In this document: piece by piece, positions 59,600 through 64,000 of the stretch
Position numbering within the stretch: the stretch's first letter is position 1
Layout: the number at the start of each line of letters is the position of its first letter
Assembly (NCBI GenBank): GCA_030704615.1
Contig: CM060731.1
Span: 91,326,001-91,390,000, forward strand
Source of the DNA: Takakia lepidozioides
Taxonomy: Eukaryota; Plantae; Bryophyta
Length of the DNA: 64,000 nucleotides
Direction of reading: 5' to 3'
Notes under the pieces: model-generated
Database searches by the model: none
The model's input: the letters and a program-made list of their open reading frames with translations, nothing else
What the model was told of the DNA's origin: nothing
Translations under genes and position numbers: made by a program

Positions 59600-60785
59600 A
59601 TTTAATGTCTTGAGAACTCTGTTCACGATTTGTCACTTCCACTTTCGCACATACGCCGCAAAAGTGTAATCCGGTGTATCCACAATTGTGATGTTGTAGT
59701 CCAACAGCTGCTTCTGCAGAACAGACCAGGCCCTGCTCTCCAACTGCAATACAAAGTCGAAGTGATTAACAAGAAATCGCAAGAACCCCTATAGATACGC
59801 AATCAGAAGTCCACTGGAACAGTGCAGGTCAATTTACCTGGCTCTTGTGTAGTCAGTTGTTGAACACTTGGTGGCTGAAAGGTTTTGTATGCCCGGTGTT
59901 CTTGTCCTTCTCGCCCTTCGGAAACATATGTGTGTCTCTCACAGTTGGATCTGCATTCCAGATTTGCAACCACTTCATGACCTTCTGCTCTGGCTCCACG
60001 ACGGCTGTGGACAGACGATGGAGCTTCTCTTGCGTCATCTCCGGCTTGCTAACTTGCTTGTTCCAGTGTATCCCGATGAAGCTGTTTGATGAAGCCACTC
60101 ATAAGCTGTTTTCGTTGAACATCCGTCTCCCGAGTGATTGCAGCCTCCACTCCCTTCGCCATCCTCTTCTCCTCAGGCAAAGATGCATTGTACTCTGCTT
60201 CCCCACTCTCCCCTGCGTCCGCTATTTCTTGCTGCAACTCACAACCACTTCACAATGAGAACTCTGTGCCAAAACCGTGAATTCTGATGATTTCAAAAAT
60301 GACATATGCAACAAAAACCTGAAAAGTAGCACTTACCGCGTACATATACTCCAAGAAAGCCTCTCGCGTGAGCTTGTAACAGGTCTCGGTGGACTTCACA
60401 CTCTCGCACTTCTTGTATGTCTCGGACGAAATGATATTCTTGAAGTTCTGCAAAGGCATCTGCCCCAGCTTTTAAATTTTGTACAGCGTGTGAACCCAGT
60501 TCGTCGTTACATATGAAGTCTCCGTCCCCCTGTGGACATAGCACCCACATTTTAATTAAGGCCACCATCAACACACATCAGCAATCCAAGAAAATCACTT
60601 GCAGGTGCATAAAATTGGGTTGAAGCAAACCACTTACTTGTTGATGTTGTGCATAGCAGTCAACAGTTCCGTGATGCTCCCTCGCGGATCCAGCACCATT
60701 GACGCAACCACATAATGCCAGTCTTCCTCGATCTTGTGCAACTTCTCAATCATATTCATCCATGCAAGCAAACGTAATGGTTGAC
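59600..60785 (-). pseudogene. Diverged remnant of the ParB-MTase accessory gene (end of ParB domain and middle exons)
   Basis: RLLAWMNMIEKLH..WHYVVASMV..AMHNINK, HTLYKI*KLGQMPL, KPEMTQEKLHRL..EPEQKV..WLQIWN align with the E2 exons. Confidence 0.75.
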
Positions 60786-61040
60786 ATATTTTTGGTGCGT
60801 CTGCCGGGAGATAGACTAGCTGTTGGTAGTGTTCTGAACATCTTGTTTTCGTTATTTTGAAGTTTATTACAATAATTCTCAAATATTTCAAGATGGTTGT
60901 GCAGATTAAAGAAGATGGTAGCGAATGATCGGTTTTTTATCTCCTTTGAGAGAAGAGTGTAAGGGCACTACCGTACCATTTCCTCCTGTCATTTAGGGGA
61001 GTGGGGGCCCAAGGACCAAAGAGAAATCACGCATCGGTGT

Positions 61041-61805
61041 TTGAGCAAAATCCTCGAGATTGCTGAAGAGTATCGCGGCAATTGGATCGAGGCAAAAGTA
61101 GGTCCTCCCACATCTGGGGCTTACACGGCACCTATCGTAGAGTTTTTCCGACTCCACACTAGATGGTCGGGATGTTGTGAGCCACCCTTCCTGGGATATT
61201 TTACTCCAGAATCACCTTCCGAAATTCATCTAAAGTGGCAAGTCTCCTATCTGGACGCATGTCCTCTTTGCAGAGCCATTGCAGACAATGGCCTTCAGTT
61301 TACTTCTTCTTGTCCCAGGCGGAGTATAGAGCCGCATAAACTGTTGAGCAGAGGCAGTATCGCCGGTCATATCGATAGGAAGTGCGATTGGTTGTCTTGG
61401 TTGCTAGGCTACAGTGTGGCAGATTTTTTGTCGCCTCCTCTTCCTCATCCCATACAAGATATACAGTTGGTACCACCTCCAAAGTTTTATGGTTGTGGTA
61501 AGGGCACAGCAGCTGACCTTGTGCTCTTGTTCATTCAATTGCGCTATCTTGACATCAGTCCGCTCGCGCGTAGGGTTCGCATTTGGGGGGCATCAGTACT
61601 AATTCGGGACTTATATGCCCCTCCTGATCCTCCTTCTTTTAGCCGTTTTGCTTTGAACGCTTGGAGTCCAGATCCGGAAATTCCTGTTTTAGATTCCCCA
61701 GAGTTAAGTGATGATATCTCAATTGCAACCAACTCTGAGCTTGGGTGGCTTGATGAGCTCCCGGACATACCCGAAATATTCGGGGAGATAGATGACATAA
61801 TATAG
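61041..61805 (+). CDS. Orphan ORF (254 codons, no ATG start)
   Basis: Long open frame with CPLC and an acidic tail; no recognisable family. Confidence 0.3.
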   Translation: MSKILEIAEEYRGNWIEAKVGPPTSGAYTAPIVEFFRLHTRWSGCCEPPFLGYFTPESPSEIHLKWQVSYLDACPLCRAIADNGLQFTSSCPRRSIEPHKLLSRGSIAGHIDRKCDWLSWLLGYSVADFLSPPLPHPIQDIQLVPPPKFYGCGKGTAADLVLLFIQLRYLDISPLARRVRIWGASVLIRDLYAPPDPPSFSRFALNAWSPDPEIPVLDSPELSDDISIATNSELGWLDELPDIPEIFGEIDDII

Positions 61806-62642
61806 GATCTGTTGATATTAACGTATATATGCTCTCGTCTGTACACAACTATTGTTGCTCCACAACAGAAATTTTGATTGAGTACAAATTGCGGATTATA
61901 TGTACAGATTTGAATGTGTATGATTACGAACGAAGTCATGTACTTGGACTATGTAGGTAATGAGTTTTGAAGCAAGAGTTAAGGGTATTAGAAAACGGTT
62001 TTGGAAACATGACGATGAGGGTAGATCTAGAATAGAGGCTCACATTGATCAACTTGCCCTACCCCGAAGAAGAAGATGGATTAATGAGCTTTTGGCTAGA
62101 CAGAATACTACCATATGGACGTCAACAACGATTCTATTGGTGCCGTGATCGACCAATGTGGCCAGATTGCGCGTGCTCATAAATCTATTTAGGAGCCCTA
62201 CACCCGAGATCTTCCATAGCAGCTCACATTCGATGGCAAGTTGATTATTTGACGCATTGTGTTCAGTGCCGTTTTTTTGCAGAACATTACATGATCCATA
62301 GAAATCAGTGCAATTAAAACCCCCCACCAGGAGGCGGAACGCGATTTCATGTGTGGTTGCACGCTGACGTACCACCACAACCTCGTTTTTATCAACAATA
62401 CACTGATTTGAATTCTTTCATTATTGCTATGATTATGCAGGGTTATACCTTGATAGTATAGGTAATGCTAACTGGATAAGCCAAGCAGCAAAGATGAATG
62501 TCGAATTCTACTTCTAGTTCCCATCATAGTCCTAGTACAGATTCCGGAGGGACACATCCTAGACTTAGACGTATAATATTTCGCGCAACAATTAGAGAAA
62601 GATTTTTTCAATTACCCAGAAGTACAGTTCAAGTAACTACAT

Positions 62643-64000
62643 TTGAAGAAAGAAACGGAGGAGACTTCGGTTAATCAACCCATAAATCACCTGAATATAG
62701 ATCTGAACGGACAGGACTCTGAAGGTTCTGAATCCTCAGTATCCTCTCCACCTTTAAGCCCAGCTAGACCCAGTAGTCCAACATCTAATCCACCGTTGAG
62801 CCCAGGAGGTTCAATGGCGCAACCACAACCACCACAGGCACCCCCGGCACCAGCACCTCCTGTACCGGCACCTCCCGATATTCCAATAGTGGTGCCAGCA
62901 GGTTTGGCTCCATTGCCACTACCGGGTCACTTATCTTGGTTTTCTGGTGAACCACATGAAAACCCTGAATATCATGTGAATTTTTTTGTCCAAAGTTGTT
63001 ACTCCAATCAGGCTTTGGATGATGCTTATTGGTTGATCTGGTTCCCTACGACTTTAAGGGGTAGGGCGTTGACTTAGTATTGGCAGCAAAACGGGGGGTC
63101 ATCCCAACAATGGACTCAAGTTCGGGATGCCTTTCTACATTTCAGAGCAGTACATCAGTTTACGAGTATTCTTATGGCCCTTGCCAGGATTAGACAGGGA
63201 CCAAATGAGGAAGTTGCTGATTTTGAGACGCGTTTCAAAGAGCTAATGCGATTACAGAATCCTCTGACACCCTTGGATGATGGGGTTCTGAAAGATTGCT
63301 TCCTGAGTGAGGATATTCACTTGTTTGTGTTGCAACAGAGACCTGCTACATTAACATATGCGATCAACTCAGGGAAAGAACATGACAACGTGCATCGTCA
63401 GGTACAACATGCGAAGATGCCAGAGATGGCTCTTCCTTCATACATTGCGATTAACCCCACGCTTGCAATTTCGGAGGCACCTCCCCCGCCCTATTACAGA
63501 CCGACAATGACTGGAGGGATGGTTCCTGCTGCCACGATGACATCTGCAATGCCTTTGGTGGCTACCACCACCCCCTCAAACCCAGCAAGGCACTTTCAGT
63601 CAGTTCCTGCTTAATCATATACGGAATCCACTAGCAATGACCGGATGGGACATTTTGAGGAACAACTAACATCTGTGTTGAGATCTGTTGAGTCCATGGG
63701 AGATAGAGTTAGTGCCATTGGTCAGCAGGTTTCCAGTTATGTCCATCACAGGGATACTCAGGTACCATTAGCTGAGACGGGTCCTAATGCGTCCAAGTTA
63801 TGGTGTTATAATTGTCGAGGGTCAGGTCATGATCCCCAACATTGTCCCAACCCGATCCAAGAAAGGGGACCTCCTCCATCCCAGAATCCTCCACCAGGAT
63901 AGGGGTATAGGCCACGAAACCGTTATCCGCCATGTGGAAAGTGTGGTCGGTCCAGTCATAGAACAGAAGATTGTTGGAACGATGTCACATGTCTTCATTG
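62643..64000 (+). mobile_element. Degenerate gag of an LTR retrotransposon (continues beyond window)
   Basis: FSGEPHENPEYHV..FPTTLRGRA, RQGPNEEVADF, zinc knuckles CYNCRGSGHDPQHC and CGKCGRSSHRTEDC; several stops. Confidence 0.85.

Noticed and set aside
62120-62150. LTR end plus PBS (CAACA...TGGTGCCGTGA) for the right-edge gag
   Set aside because: PBS-like but spaced unusually far from the CA, and no second LTR is available in the window to confirm.

Overview
Eukaryotic, transposon-dense window from a land plant. A PLS-class PPR gene, a mitochondrial ATP synthase epsilon exon and GT-AG introns suggest a bryophyte/fern-grade host, but the species cannot be determined. Positions 1-42600 are a nested stack of three related large Mutator-like (MULE) DNA transposons, E1 (1-7775, left end outside the window), E2 (8919-34720, 9-bp TSD) and E3 (36177-42595), around fragments of an unrelated older MULE. 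The family carries (i) a Zn-domain/DDE/SWIM transposase, (ii) a divergently transcribed spliced gene fusing a ParB/Srx-like domain to a beta-class N4C/N6A-methyltransferase-like domain, (iii) a small orphan gene family with an RWNCC(Q/E)WT motif, and (iv) arrays of an element-specific ~20-bp palindrome centred on GGCGCC in promoters, introns and subterminal regions. A young 12.4-kb Ty3/Gypsy-type retroelement (12525-24954, minus strand, 4-bp TSD) sits inside the E2 methyltransferase gene. It encodes a DNMT3-like C5 methyltransferase and a PHD-tipped DDE integrase, has a self-complementary primer site, and has split terminal repeats (B...A-gc-B-A) that look like a 2-LTR circle opened at an internal palindrome. 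The right third holds the ATP synthase epsilon exon, tandem LINE copies in microsatellites, a PPR gene with an eroded E+/DYW tail, a diverged remnant of the ParB-MTase gene and the gag of another LTR element. All domain calls come from motif recognition by eye, with no database searches.
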